From Candidatus Eiseniibacteriota bacterium (GTDB lineage Bacteria; Eisenbacteria; RBG-16-71-46; SZUA-252): a DNA stretch of 64,000 nucleotides. Position numbers and translations under genes: made by a program. The stretch lies in the NCBI GenBank assembly GCA_963703225.1, contig OY969801.1, positions 2,336,001-2,400,000 on the forward strand. The letters are read 5' to 3'. Below are positions 18,510 through 27,654 of this stretch, piece by piece. The number at the start of each line of letters is the position of its first letter. Position 1 is the stretch's first letter. The notes beneath the pieces are model-generated. The model saw only the letters and a list, made by a program, of their open reading frames with translations. It had not been told where the DNA came from and searched no databases.

Positions 18510-19809
18510 GCGGCACGTCGCGCCCCAAGATCTGGAGCGCCTCGCCGACGAGAAAGAACGAGCCGGTGATGACCACGGCTCCGCCGCGGCCGCGAGCCCA
18601 ATCGGTGGCCCGCGAGATCGCTTCGCCCACATTGCTCACGGCCTGGCAATCGAGATGGCGCGTGGGGGCGGCGCGAAGCAGAAGCTCGGCGGGCGTGGCG
18701 CGCTCTCCCGCGAACTGCGTGAGGAAGAACCGGCCGGCCACGCGGCCCAGAACGTGGAGGATCTTCTCATGGGCCTTGTCGCGCGAGAATCCGGCGACCA
18801 CCGCGAGCGGCCGTCCCGGGAGGAGCCCCGCGACGGTCGCCGCCAGAGCGGCCGCGCCTTCCACGTTGTGCGCCACGTCGATCAGAATCGGGGGCGTCCC
18901 CTCGATCCATTCCGCCCTCGCCGGCCATCGCGTCTCGGCAATTCCCTGCTCGATCGCCTGGGCCACCGCTCCGGGGGACCGCCCCTCGAGCGCGATCTCC
19001 GCGGTGAGCGCGGCGAGCGCGGCGTTCCGGGCCTGGTGGCGGCCGTAGAGGGGAGTGCGGAGGATGCCCGAGTAGGAGGATGTCTTGAGCCGGAACTCGG
19101 TTCCCCGCGGTCCCACGCGCAGTGTCCGAAAGCCGGCGCTCCGCCCCAGGAGGTCGACCCGGGCTCCGCGCTGGGCCGCGACTTCGAGGATGGCGCTCCG
19201 GGCGCTCCTCTGTTCCACGCCGAGCACGAGGCGGCCGCCGGGCTTGACGATTCCGGCCTTCTCGATCGCGATCCGCCGCAGGGTGTGCCCCAAGATCTCG
19301 GTGTGGTCGCTCGAAATCGTCGTGATGACCGAGACGCGCGGCTCGAGGATGTTGGTCGCGTCCAGTCGCCCACCCAATCCCACCTCGACCACCGCGAGAT
19401 CGACCTTCTTTGCCGCGAAATGATCGAAGCAGATCGCGGTCGAGGCCTCGAAGAAGGAGGGACGCTCCTCCTCAAACCGTGGCCACCACCGGGCGAGAAG
19501 CTCGTCCAGGTCCGAATCGGAGATCTCCTCCCCATCGATGCGGATCCGCTCGTGGAAGCGGACCAGGTGGGGAGACGTATAGAGGCCGACCGTGAGCCCG
19601 GCCGACCTCAAGACCGAGGCCAAGTGGGCCGCCGTCGATCCCTTGCCATTCGTCCCCGCGATCAGGATCGACGGGAACCGGCGCTCCGGCCGTCCCGCGC
19701 GCTCGAGGAGGCGTTCGATCCCGGCGAGCCCGGGGCGCATGCCGCTCCTCTCGAAGCGGTAGAGCTCGTCGAGGCGCCCCCGAAGCGAGACGCCTTCCGC
19801 GAACGTCAT
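18499..19809 (-). CDS. folC: Folylpolyglutamate synthase/dihydrofolate synthase
   Basis: AGTNGKGS, YTSPHL, EVGLGGRLDATN, DVAHN, TGSFFLVG; ATG 19809 coupled to the accD stop. Confidence 0.95.
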   Translation of the reverse strand: MTFAEGVSLRGRLDELYRFERSGMRPGLAGIERLLERAGRPERRFPSILIAGTNGKGSTAAHLASVLRSAGLTVGLYTSPHLVRFHERIRIDGEEISDSDLDELLARWWPRFEEERPSFFEASTAICFDHFAAKKVDLAVVEVGLGGRLDATNILEPRVSVITTISSDHTEILGHTLRRIAIEKAGIVKPGGRLVLGVEQRSARSAILEVAAQRGARVDLLGRSAGFRTLRVGPRGTEFRLKTSSYSGILRTPLYGRHQARNAALAALTAEIALEGRSPGAVAQAIEQGIAETRWPARAEWIEGTPPILIDVAHNVEGAAALAATVAGLLPGRPLAVVAGFSRDKAHEKILHVLGRVAGRFFLTQFAGERATPAELLLRAAPTRHLDCQAVSNVGEAISRATDWARGRGGAVVITGSFFLVGEALQILGRDVPRAL

Positions 19810-20864
19810 TCCTCGACGCGGACTTCTCGGGTGGGAGCGGGGGCTTTCGGAGGCGCGACGGGAGCCGGGGATCCATTCGGGCTCGGCGCCGGCGCGTCGA
19901 TCGCCTCGGGAACGACCGGGGGAGGCGGAGGAGGAAGCGCGGTACCAATCGGGAGCGAGGCGGCGCGGAAGCGCTCGAGCGACTCCCCCGCGCGTCGGCG
20001 AGGCTTTTGAGGGAGCCCCGCGCCGGTGGCGAAGAACCGGAGCAGCCACGCGATCGTCTTCTTCAGCTCCAGGCGGTGCACGATGCGGTCCACCATCCCC
20101 TTCTGAAGCAGAAACTCCGACCGCTGGAATCCCTCCGGAAGCTCCTGATTGATCGTCTGCTTGATGACCCGCGGGCCCGCGAATCCGATGAGGGCCTTTG
20201 GCTCGGCGATGATGACGTCACCCACCGACGCGAAGCTCGCGGTGACGCCGCCCGTCGTCGGATGGGTGAGGATCGAGATGTAAGGAATTCCGGCGTCGGA
20301 GAGTCGCGCCAGAAGCGCGTTCGTTTTCGCCATCTGCATGAGGGAGAGGATCCCTTCGAACATCCGGGCGCCCCCCGAAGCCGAAAGGATCAGCAGCGGC
20401 CTCCGCGTCTCGATCGCGAGGAGGATCGACCGCGCGATCCGCTCGCCGGCTGCCGACGCCAGACTCCCCCCGAGGAACGCGAAATCCATGATCGCGAGCA
20501 CACAGGGATGCCCATCCACCCTTCCCTCCCCGCAGACGACCGCCTCCGATAGACCGGTCTCTTCGCGGGCTTTCTTCAGGCGGTCAGCATAGCGTTTCGC
20601 ATCGCGAAACTTGAGGGGGTCGGTGGAGACGACCTCGGAAAAGCGCTCCACGAACGACTCATCGTCGACAAGGATCCTGATGTAGGCGCGGGCGGAGATC
20701 CGGAAATGGTAGGCGCATTTGCTGCAGGTCCAGAGGTTCCGCTCGAGCTCCTTGTGATACAGGATCTCGCCGCAGTCCTCACATTTGGTCCAGAGCCCGT
20801 CCGGGAGTTCCCGCCGGCGCTGCTGGGCTTTAAGCCCTTCTTTTGCCTTCCTGAGCCAGGTCAT
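19806..20864 (-). CDS. accD: Acetyl-CoA carboxylase carboxyltransferase beta subunit
   Basis: Zn finger CEDC/CSKC, SGGARM, PTTGGVTASFA, GFAGPRVI; Pro-rich C-terminal tail. Confidence 0.96.
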   Translation of the reverse strand: MTWLRKAKEGLKAQQRRRELPDGLWTKCEDCGEILYHKELERNLWTCSKCAYHFRISARAYIRILVDDESFVERFSEVVSTDPLKFRDAKRYADRLKKAREETGLSEAVVCGEGRVDGHPCVLAIMDFAFLGGSLASAAGERIARSILLAIETRRPLLILSASGGARMFEGILSLMQMAKTNALLARLSDAGIPYISILTHPTTGGVTASFASVGDVIIAEPKALIGFAGPRVIKQTINQELPEGFQRSEFLLQKGMVDRIVHRLELKKTIAWLLRFFATGAGLPQKPRRRAGESLERFRAASLPIGTALPPPPPPVVPEAIDAPAPSPNGSPAPVAPPKAPAPTREVRVEE

Positions 20865-21343
20865 GCGCTCGAACCCTCCCCCAGGCCCCGGAGCATGACG
20901 ATAGCATCCTCGACCGGGTTCCGGTAGTAGTTCTTTCGCATGGCGATATCGATGAAGTCATTTTGGTAGTAGAAGTTACGGGCAATTTGGTTTGACTCTC
21001 GGACCTCCAGGGTGACCCTCACAATACCCCCCTTTCGGGCCGTTTGGATCAGGTCGTCGAGAAGGCGCTGGCCGACGCCAGACCTCCGCTCCGAGGGATG
21101 GACCGCGAGGTTTCCCAGGTGGGCTTCATCCTCGATCAAAACTGCCAGGAGGTAGCCGACCAGCTTTCCATCCCGGTCGGCGAGCCGAGCATAGGTACCC
21201 GCCCCCACCTCGAGCTCGGATCGGAACATCTCCCTCGTCCACGGATCGCTGAACGACAGAGCTTCGATCGAGAGTACCTCGTCGATCCGCGCGAGCGTGA
21301 GCGGCGCGATCCTGAGTCCCGCGTATGGAGTGCCAGCGATCAT
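20861..21343 (-). CDS. rimI: RimI-like GNAT N-acetyltransferase
   Basis: FSDPW, NLAVHP, LEVRESN, RKNYY...EDA; ATG 21343 coupled to the tsaB stop. Confidence 0.9.
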   Translation of the reverse strand: MIAGTPYAGLRIAPLTLARIDEVLSIEALSFSDPWTREMFRSELEVGAGTYARLADRDGKLVGYLLAVLIEDEAHLGNLAVHPSERRSGVGQRLLDDLIQTARKGGIVRVTLEVRESNQIARNFYYQNDFIDIAMRKNYYRNPVEDAIVMLRGLGEGSSA

Positions 21344-22065
21344 GGCGAGGGCTTCCGCGCGTTCGGGGCTCTTCCGTAGGCGGGCGAAGCCGAAGCCCAC
21401 TCAGCCGTTTGCCCGGCCAGAAGGAGCCGGTCGGCGATCGCGGCGACGGCGGGCGCGAGCGACGCCTTGGGCGCGAGCGAGGCGAGGCCCGATTCCATCT
21501 GCTCTTCGAGCGCGGCCTCCATCACCGCAGTGATCGGCGCGAGCTGGAGCGCGTTAGGCCTTCCGGCCCCTTTCCGCGCGCCGCCCTCCCGCCGATCCAC
21601 CCCGGCAATTTCCAGAAGGTGCGGCACGATCTGATCCTCCTCCACTGTCTCCGGCCCCCAGAGGAGCGCCAAGGGAGGGCCCGCGCTCCAGAGGGCCGCG
21701 TCAACGCGCCCCCGCCCGGCTGGAATCAGGCTGGCCACGCGGCGGCCGGGCGACCCGCGGCCCAGCGCCAACGCCTCGTGGGACGAGACAAGCACGAGCG
21801 GAATAGAGTTGCCCCACGCGAAACCTTTGGCCCACGCGAGGCCGATCCGAAGGCCGGTAAACGAGCCTGGACCTTGGGCGACAGCCAGGGCGGCGAGACC
21901 AGCGGTCGATAGCCCGCTCTCCGCGAGCAGGCCCCCGGCCGCGCGGGAGAGCCCTTCCGAATGGCCGCCCGCGGGCAAAGGCTCGCATCGGAGCGGCGCC
22001 CCATCTCCCGCGAGCGCGACCGAGCCCTCGGCGCCCGCCGTGTCAATCGCGAGGATATAGCGCAT
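21340..22065 (-). CDS. tsaB: tRNA t6A biosynthesis protein TsaB
   Basis: ILAIDTA, HSE, GPGSFTGLRIG. Confidence 0.93.
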   Translation of the reverse strand: MRYILAIDTAGAEGSVALAGDGAPLRCEPLPAGGHSEGLSRAAGGLLAESGLSTAGLAALAVAQGPGSFTGLRIGLAWAKGFAWGNSIPLVLVSSHEALALGRGSPGRRVASLIPAGRGRVDAALWSAGPPLALLWGPETVEEDQIVPHLLEIAGVDRREGGARKGAGRPNALQLAPITAVMEAALEEQMESGLASLAPKASLAPAVAAIADRLLLAGQTAEWASASPAYGRAPNARKPSP

Positions 22066-22546
22066 GGTGCCACCGATCTCGATCGAATGCCCCTTCGCGT
22101 GCGAGCGATCCCCAACGGTCGCCTCGCGGACGGATCCGAAGCTCGCGCCCGCCCCCTTCCACGTAGCGAAGCTCCAGGTCGAGGCGCTCCGAAGGCAGGT
22201 CCGCCTCGGCCCGATCGGCCCACTCGACCAGGACGATCGAGTCTTGCGCCGCGAGATCGTCCAAGCCGAGCCCCGCGTACTCCGCGGAACTCTTGAGACG
22301 GTGGAGATCGGCGTGCACGACCGACGGAGAGCGTGAATAGATTTCCACCAGGACGTAGGTAGGGCTCCTCACGCGGGTGCCGGGGTGAATCGATTCCAGG
22401 ACGCCCGAGACGAGGGTCGTCTTCCCCGCCCCCAACTCTCCGGACAGCGCGACCCAATCGCCGGGCGCGAGGAGCGACCCCAGATGGCGGCCGAAGGACC
22501 TGGTTTCGCCTTCGCTTCGAAGGAGCGACTTCAGCTCGACTCCCAT
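22043..22546 (-). CDS. tsaE: tRNA t6A biosynthesis ATPase TsaE
   Basis: From ATG 22546: GELGAGKTT, SPTY, HADLHRL, VEWA. Confidence 0.92.
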   Translation of the reverse strand: MGVELKSLLRSEGETRSFGRHLGSLLAPGDWVALSGELGAGKTTLVSGVLESIHPGTRVRSPTYVLVEIYSRSPSVVHADLHRLKSSAEYAGLGLDDLAAQDSIVLVEWADRAEADLPSERLDLELRYVEGGGRELRIRPRGDRWGSLAREGAFDRDRWHHALYPRD

Positions 22547-22551
22547 GGGAC

Positions 22552-24114
22552 CTAGACTCGCGGGAACAGCGTGGCCACGGGAAGGATCATCTCCTCGAGT
22601 GAGACCCCTCCGTGCTGGAAGCTTCCGCGGTACTTGCTCTCGTATTCGTGAAACCGGGTTGGATAGATGAAGTAGAAGTCCTCCTTCGCGACGATGTACT
22701 GCTTGTTGAGGGAATCGGCGGGGAGGCGGAACCGGGATGGGGCCTTGAGTTGGATCGCCTGCTTCGGGTCGCAGCCGAGGTTGGTCCCAAACTTGAACCG
22801 TAGATTGGTCGACGTCTCCCGGTTGCCGTAGACCAGGGCTGATCGGCGGCTCAGCACCGCGCCATGATCGGTGGTCACGACCACCACGCACTCCTGCTTG
22901 GCCATCCACTTGAGCGCCTCGAAGAGCGCCGAGTGGAGAAACCATGACCGCATCACCGAGCGAAAGGCCGACTCGTCCGGCGCCAGCTCGCGCAGCAGGT
23001 CGGACTCCGACCGACCGTGGGTGAGCATGTCGAGGAAGTTGAACACCAGGGCGACGAGCGGGATGTTCTGATAGGTGACGATATTTCGCCGCACGTGGGA
23101 GGCTTCTTCCGCGTTGTAGACCTTGAGGTACTTGAGCCCGGACGGGAGCCGGATCTGGAGCCGCTCGAGCTGATGGTCCAGGAGCTGGCGCTCGTAGCGA
23201 TTCTTGCTCCGCTCGTCGTTCGAGGTTTCCTGCCAGTAGGACGGGTGCTGCTGCTGGATCTCGTCGGGCAGGAGTCCCGAGAAGATGGCGTTTCGGGAGT
23301 AGGGCGTGGCGCTCGGCAGGATCGAGATCTGGTGATCGACCTGGATGTCGAAGTGGGGCCGGAGGAGCGGCTCCACCGTCAGCCACTGGTCGAGCCGCAT
23401 GCAGTCGATGACGACGAGGATCACCCGCTTCCCGGCCCGCAGGTGCGGCGCCACCCACCGCTCCACGACGTCGCGGGACATCGGCGGGCCCCCGGGGCCG
23501 TGGACCCACGATTCGTAGGTCGCTTCCACATAGGATGAGAATTCGACGTTGAGCTCTCGCCGCTGGTCTCCCTGAGCCTGCTTGAGCCCGTCGTCGTCCA
23601 CCTGGTCCAGCTCGACGTCCCACTGCGCGCTCCGCGCGTAGAGATCGATCCAGCCCCGCCAGTCGAGCCCCCCCGCCGACTCGCTCCGCAGCCGCGCCAG
23701 CTCCGCGACATAGTCGCGGGCGCGCCGCGATTCTTGCAGCCGGTCCGCTTCCAGGAGGCGCTTCAGCGCGAGATAGATCTGGGTCGGGCGGACCGGTTTC
23801 AAGAGGTAGTCGTCGATTCTCCGGCCGATCGCCTCGTCCATCAGCGACTCCGCCTCGTTCTTGGTGACCAGGACGATCGGGATCGCCGGATCCTTCTCCT
23901 TGATCGCTTCGAGCGTCGCGAGCCCCCCCATGCCGGGCATCGATTCATCGAGGAGGACCACGTCGAACTTCTCGCGGGCGGCGTAGGCGACCGCATCGTT
24001 GCCGTTGGAGACCGGCGTGACCTGAAACCCCTTCTCCTCCAGCAGAAGGATGTGCGGCTTCAACAGGTCGATCTCGTCGTCGGCCCAGAGGATCTTTCGA
24101 ATGACAGGGCTCAT
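22552..24114 (-). CDS. porX: PorX-like response regulator (receiver domain plus PglZ/alkaline-phosphatase-fold domain)
   Basis: From ATG 24114: KILWADDEIDLLKPHI, DESMPG, TKNEAESLMDEAIG, IDCMRLDQW, LPSATPYSRNAIFSG, TTDHG, FQHGGVSLEEM; upstream of tsaE as in Bacteroidota. Confidence 0.9.
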   Translation of the reverse strand: MSPVIRKILWADDEIDLLKPHILLLEEKGFQVTPVSNGNDAVAYAAREKFDVVLLDESMPGMGGLATLEAIKEKDPAIPIVLVTKNEAESLMDEAIGRRIDDYLLKPVRPTQIYLALKRLLEADRLQESRRARDYVAELARLRSESAGGLDWRGWIDLYARSAQWDVELDQVDDDGLKQAQGDQRRELNVEFSSYVEATYESWVHGPGGPPMSRDVVERWVAPHLRAGKRVILVVIDCMRLDQWLTVEPLLRPHFDIQVDHQISILPSATPYSRNAIFSGLLPDEIQQQHPSYWQETSNDERSKNRYERQLLDHQLERLQIRLPSGLKYLKVYNAEEASHVRRNIVTYQNIPLVALVFNFLDMLTHGRSESDLLRELAPDESAFRSVMRSWFLHSALFEALKWMAKQECVVVVTTDHGAVLSRRSALVYGNRETSTNLRFKFGTNLGCDPKQAIQLKAPSRFRLPADSLNKQYIVAKEDFYFIYPTRFHEYESKYRGSFQHGGVSLEEMILPVATLFPRV

Positions 24115-24127
24115 GGGGGGTCCGGGG

Positions 24128-25421
24128 TCAGGAGGGGCCGGATTCGTGCAGAGGCGGAACGGGCAGAGCCACGGCCACCGCGGTTCCCCGGCCGGGCGCA
24201 GTCTCCAAGACTTGGATACGCCCTCCATGATACTCGTGCACCACACGCCTCGCAAGCGCGAGACCCAGTCCCCACCCTCGGCGCTTGGTCGTATATCCGG
24301 GATCGAACGCGCGGCGGCGCTCTTCCGGCGACATTCCGCGGCCGTTGTCTCGCACGCAGAGCTCCACCAGACGCTCCTCGCGCTTCCAGACCAGGCTGAC
24401 GTCGATGACTCCCTTGGGCTTGTCGATGGCGTCGATCGCGTTCCGGAGCAGATTTTCCACGACCCACTCGAGCAGCTCTCCGTGAAACGCGATCCTCGGG
24501 ATGGCCTCGTAACGCTCGTGAATTTCCACTTCGTGTTCCACATGCGGCAGACGGGTCCGGAAGTAGTCCACCGCCCCGGCCACGACGGCGGTCAGGTCTC
24601 CCTCCTTGAGGGTTGGCCGGGAGCCGACCTGACCAAAGCGCAAGGTCACCTTGTGGAGGCGCGCGAGATCCCGCTCCATCTCCGACGGCGATCTCATCGA
24701 CGCGCTCCCGCTTCAAACCTTCTCCCGCCGTCATCTCGCGAAGCACCGCTGTCCACCCCATGAGCGACGAAAGCGGGGTGCCCAGCTGGTGCGCGGTTTC
24801 CTTGGCCAGCGCGGCCCAGAGCAGCCGCTGCTCCCCGATCAGGAGACTCCGAAGCCCCGCATAGCCGAAGACGAGCAGAATCAGGATCACGAAGAGCTCG
24901 ATGTAGGGCAGCCAGCGCAGCTCGCGCACCAGCTTCGGCTCTCCGTAGTGGACAAAGCCGAGGACACCGGGCTGACCCACGCGGATGATGTTCACCGGTT
25001 TGTTGATCCGGTCGAGCTTCCGCACGATTTCCTGGATCCTCGCCACCTCGGGCGGGAAGGCGCCGGTCATGGCCGCCCGGTCGAGGATGGAATCGGGGAT
25101 CGCGTCCGAGCGAATTCCGATCTCCTTCCACGCGCGGGGGATTCCCTGAACGTCGGTCAGCACGATGGGGAAATTGATGTTCTCCACGGCGTCACGGAAG
25201 ATCGGCCGGATGTACGGATCCTCGGCCGCCTGGAATGTCACGACCGCGAAGAAGCGCGCCAGCACGTCGCAGCGCGCGCGCGTTTCGGCATTCAGCCGGG
25301 TGATGATCGTGTTGGAGTGGACCACGAGGGCCACCATGAGCACGATGACCGCGAGAAAGAGATAGACCTTGTACGAGAGCCTTCGGACGATGCGGAGCGG
25401 CTTCAGTGGGCGCGCGGCCAT
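24128..25421 (-). CDS. PorY-like membrane sensor histidine kinase with one frameshift near 24686
   Basis: Two TM helices; H-box AKETAHQLGTPLSSLMGW; after a 1-base shift, WVVENLLRNAIDA, DNGRG, PGYTTKRRGWGLGL. Confidence 0.85.
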
Positions 25422-25430
25422 GGCGGGTCC

Positions 25431-26708
25431 CTAGGCGGGGACGAGCTCGCGCACCCCATCCATGTACGGGACGAGCGCGTCCGGAATTCGGACGGTCCCC
25501 CGTTCGGTCTGATGGTTTTCGAGAAGCGCGGCGAACGTGCGGGGCAGCGCGAGTCCGGAGCCGTTCAAGGTGTGCACGAACTCGGGTTTCCCTCCCCGCT
25601 CGGCCCGGAATCGGATGCCGGCGCGGCGGGCCTGGAAATCCTCGAAGTTGCTGCACGAGGAGACCTCCAGCCATCTCGCCTCGCCGGGCGCCCAGACCTC
25701 GAGGTCGTAGCACTTGGCGTTGGCGAAGCTCAGATCTCCGGCCGCGAGCAAGAGGACGCGATACGGAAGCTCGAGCGCGGCCAGGACCGCCTCGGCGTCC
25801 TTCCTGATCCGCTCCAGCTCGTCATACGACGTCTCGGGTCTCACGAACTTCACGATCTCGACTTTGTCAAACTGGTGGACGCGGATCATCCCGCGGGTAT
25901 CTCGACCCGCGGCGCCGGCCTCGCGGCGGTAGCTGGCGCAATAGCCGGTATGGCAGATGGGGAGGCGCTCCCCGTCGAGAATTTCGTCGCGATACATGTT
26001 GGTGATCGGAACCTCGGCGGTCGGATTCAGGTAGAGGTCCTCGTCCTTGAGCCGGTACATCTCCTCCTCCAGCTTGGGGAGCTGCCCGGTACCGACCAAG
26101 CACTCGCGCCGGATGACATGGGGCGGCGAGACTTCCTGGTAGCCGTGCTTCCGGGTGTGGAGGTCAAGCATGAACTGGATCAGCGCGCGCTCGAGCCGCG
26201 CCCCGGCCCCTGTGAAGAGAAGGAAGCCGCTCCCCGCGATCTTGACGCCGCGCTCAAAATCGAGGAGACGGAGCGACTCCGCGAGCTCCCAATGCGGCTT
26301 GGCGGGAAAGCCGAGCCGGCGCGGCTCTCCGACCGTGGCCACCACCACGTTTCCGGTGGCGTCGGCGGCGCGGGGCACGGACTCATGGGGAATGTTGGGA
26401 ACCCAGGAGAGGATCTGGTCCATCTCGGCTTCGACGCCCGCGATCTGAAGGTCGAGCAACTTGATCTCGTCGCCCACCCGCTTCATGGCCTGGACGGCGG
26501 CCGCGGCGTCCTCGCCGCGCTTCTTCCGCCGGCCGATCTCCTCCGAAGCTTCGTTTCGCTCGTGCTTCAGCGATTCGGTCTTTCCGAGGAGGGCCCGGCG
26601 CTGCTCGTCGAGAGCGAGGAGGCGGTCGAGATCGGCGGGGCTCTTCTTGAACGCGATCGCTTCTCGGACGCGGGCGGTCTCGGCCCGGATTCTCTTTAGA
26701 TCCAGCAT
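25431..26708 (-). CDS. serS: Seryl-tRNA synthetase
   Basis: PTAEVP, YRREAGAAGRDTRGMIRVHQFDKVE, EVSSCSN, HTLNGSGLA. Confidence 0.98.
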   Translation of the reverse strand: MLDLKRIRAETARVREAIAFKKSPADLDRLLALDEQRRALLGKTESLKHERNEASEEIGRRKKRGEDAAAAVQAMKRVGDEIKLLDLQIAGVEAEMDQILSWVPNIPHESVPRAADATGNVVVATVGEPRRLGFPAKPHWELAESLRLLDFERGVKIAGSGFLLFTGAGARLERALIQFMLDLHTRKHGYQEVSPPHVIRRECLVGTGQLPKLEEEMYRLKDEDLYLNPTAEVPITNMYRDEILDGERLPICHTGYCASYRREAGAAGRDTRGMIRVHQFDKVEIVKFVRPETSYDELERIRKDAEAVLAALELPYRVLLLAAGDLSFANAKCYDLEVWAPGEARWLEVSSCSNFEDFQARRAGIRFRAERGGKPEFVHTLNGSGLALPRTFAALLENHQTERGTVRIPDALVPYMDGVRELVPA

Positions 26709-26712
26709 CGTC

Positions 26713-27630
26713 TCAGCGCCCCGGCGGCGCGGCGCCCGCGAGAACCCTTCGCGCCCCTTCCAGAAGAAGCCGTTGGGCCAAGCGGGAGCCGATCCCCTCT
26801 TCGTCGCCTACCTTCCCCTCCTCGACGTCCCGGACATGTCTCCGGCCCTCTCGATCGACGACAATCCCCTCGAGGCGGATGCTCGTGCCGTCGATGGACG
26901 CGAGCGCGCCGACCGCCATTGTTGGGTCGGCCTTCAATTCCCGCACGAACGCGCGCTCGGCCTCGATCTCGGAGCGCGCGATGGGGTGGTCGAGGTGTTT
27001 GGCCATCCGGAGCAGCTCCTTCGAGCCCTCCTTCACTTGAACCACGCAGGTTCCCTGCCCGGCCGCGGGGACCAACACCTCGGTCGTGAAGATTTCGGTC
27101 ACCCGATCTTGAAATCCCAAGTGCTCGACCGCGGCCGCGGAGACGATGAGCCCGTCCACCTCCTCGGAATCGAGCATCCGGATCCGCTCGTCCAGGCTAC
27201 CCGGGAGGTCGACCAGCCTCAGGTCGTCCCTGTAGCGAAGCAGCTGCGCGCGTCGAAGCGGGGCGTGGGCGCTGATCGACGCGCCCTCGGGAAGGTCGTC
27301 CATGATCGTCTCGTCCCGCGCGATGAGTACGTCGAACGGGGTGAAGCGCTCGGTGACCGCCGCCAGTACGACGCCGGGCTCGGTCTCGGGCGAGAGATCC
27401 TTGGCGTCCTGGGCGGCGAGATCGATTTCGGCCCTGAGTAGGGCGCGCTCGAGAAGGACACCCGGCCAAACGGTGCTCCGCCCCGTGCCGTGATCGGCTG
27501 CAGGCTCCATGGGGACCATCTGGATGGGGGTCGCGCCCATGAACGGGTGAAGCTGCTCGACGATTTGCTCGGCGAGCGTTCGCCCGAGCTTACTCGCGAG
27601 GAAACCGAGGCGCAAAGGAGCGTGGCTCAT
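26713..27630 (-). CDS. HemC (porphobilinogen deaminase)-fold protein with degenerate active site
   Basis: Full-length alignable to HemC (KDL, LRRAQL, PAAGQG, AERAF) but lacks the GGC cofactor Cys and several conserved Arg residues. Confidence 0.8.
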   Translation of the reverse strand: MSHAPLRLGFLASKLGRTLAEQIVEQLHPFMGATPIQMVPMEPAADHGTGRSTVWPGVLLERALLRAEIDLAAQDAKDLSPETEPGVVLAAVTERFTPFDVLIARDETIMDDLPEGASISAHAPLRRAQLLRYRDDLRLVDLPGSLDERIRMLDSEEVDGLIVSAAAVEHLGFQDRVTEIFTTEVLVPAAGQGTCVVQVKEGSKELLRMAKHLDHPIARSEIEAERAFVRELKADPTMAVGALASIDGTSIRLEGIVVDREGRRHVRDVEEGKVGDEEGIGSRLAQRLLLEGARRVLAGAAPPGR

Positions 27631-27654
27631 GAGGGCACCGACGCTAGCACAGGC

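Noticed and set aside
19806..20030. Pro-rich AccD tail as a frameshift artefact or separate gene
   Set aside because: The tail ends in an ATGA overlap with folC, consistent with a genuine low-complexity extension.
10780..24700. Programmed frameshifting or phase variation in pilB and the kinase
   Set aside because: No slippery heptamer or homopolymer tract at either site; sequencing error is simpler.
18421..26699. Long plus-strand ORFs (18421..20010, 24651..26699) and N-terminal extensions of folC, tsaE, porX and lptD
   Set aside because: Antisense or overlapping artefacts; real starts are supported by stop-start coupling and family motifs.
25431..26708. serS as part of a selenium locus
   Set aside because: SerRS charges tRNA-Sec but is universal, lies 11 kb away and has no sel genes beside it.
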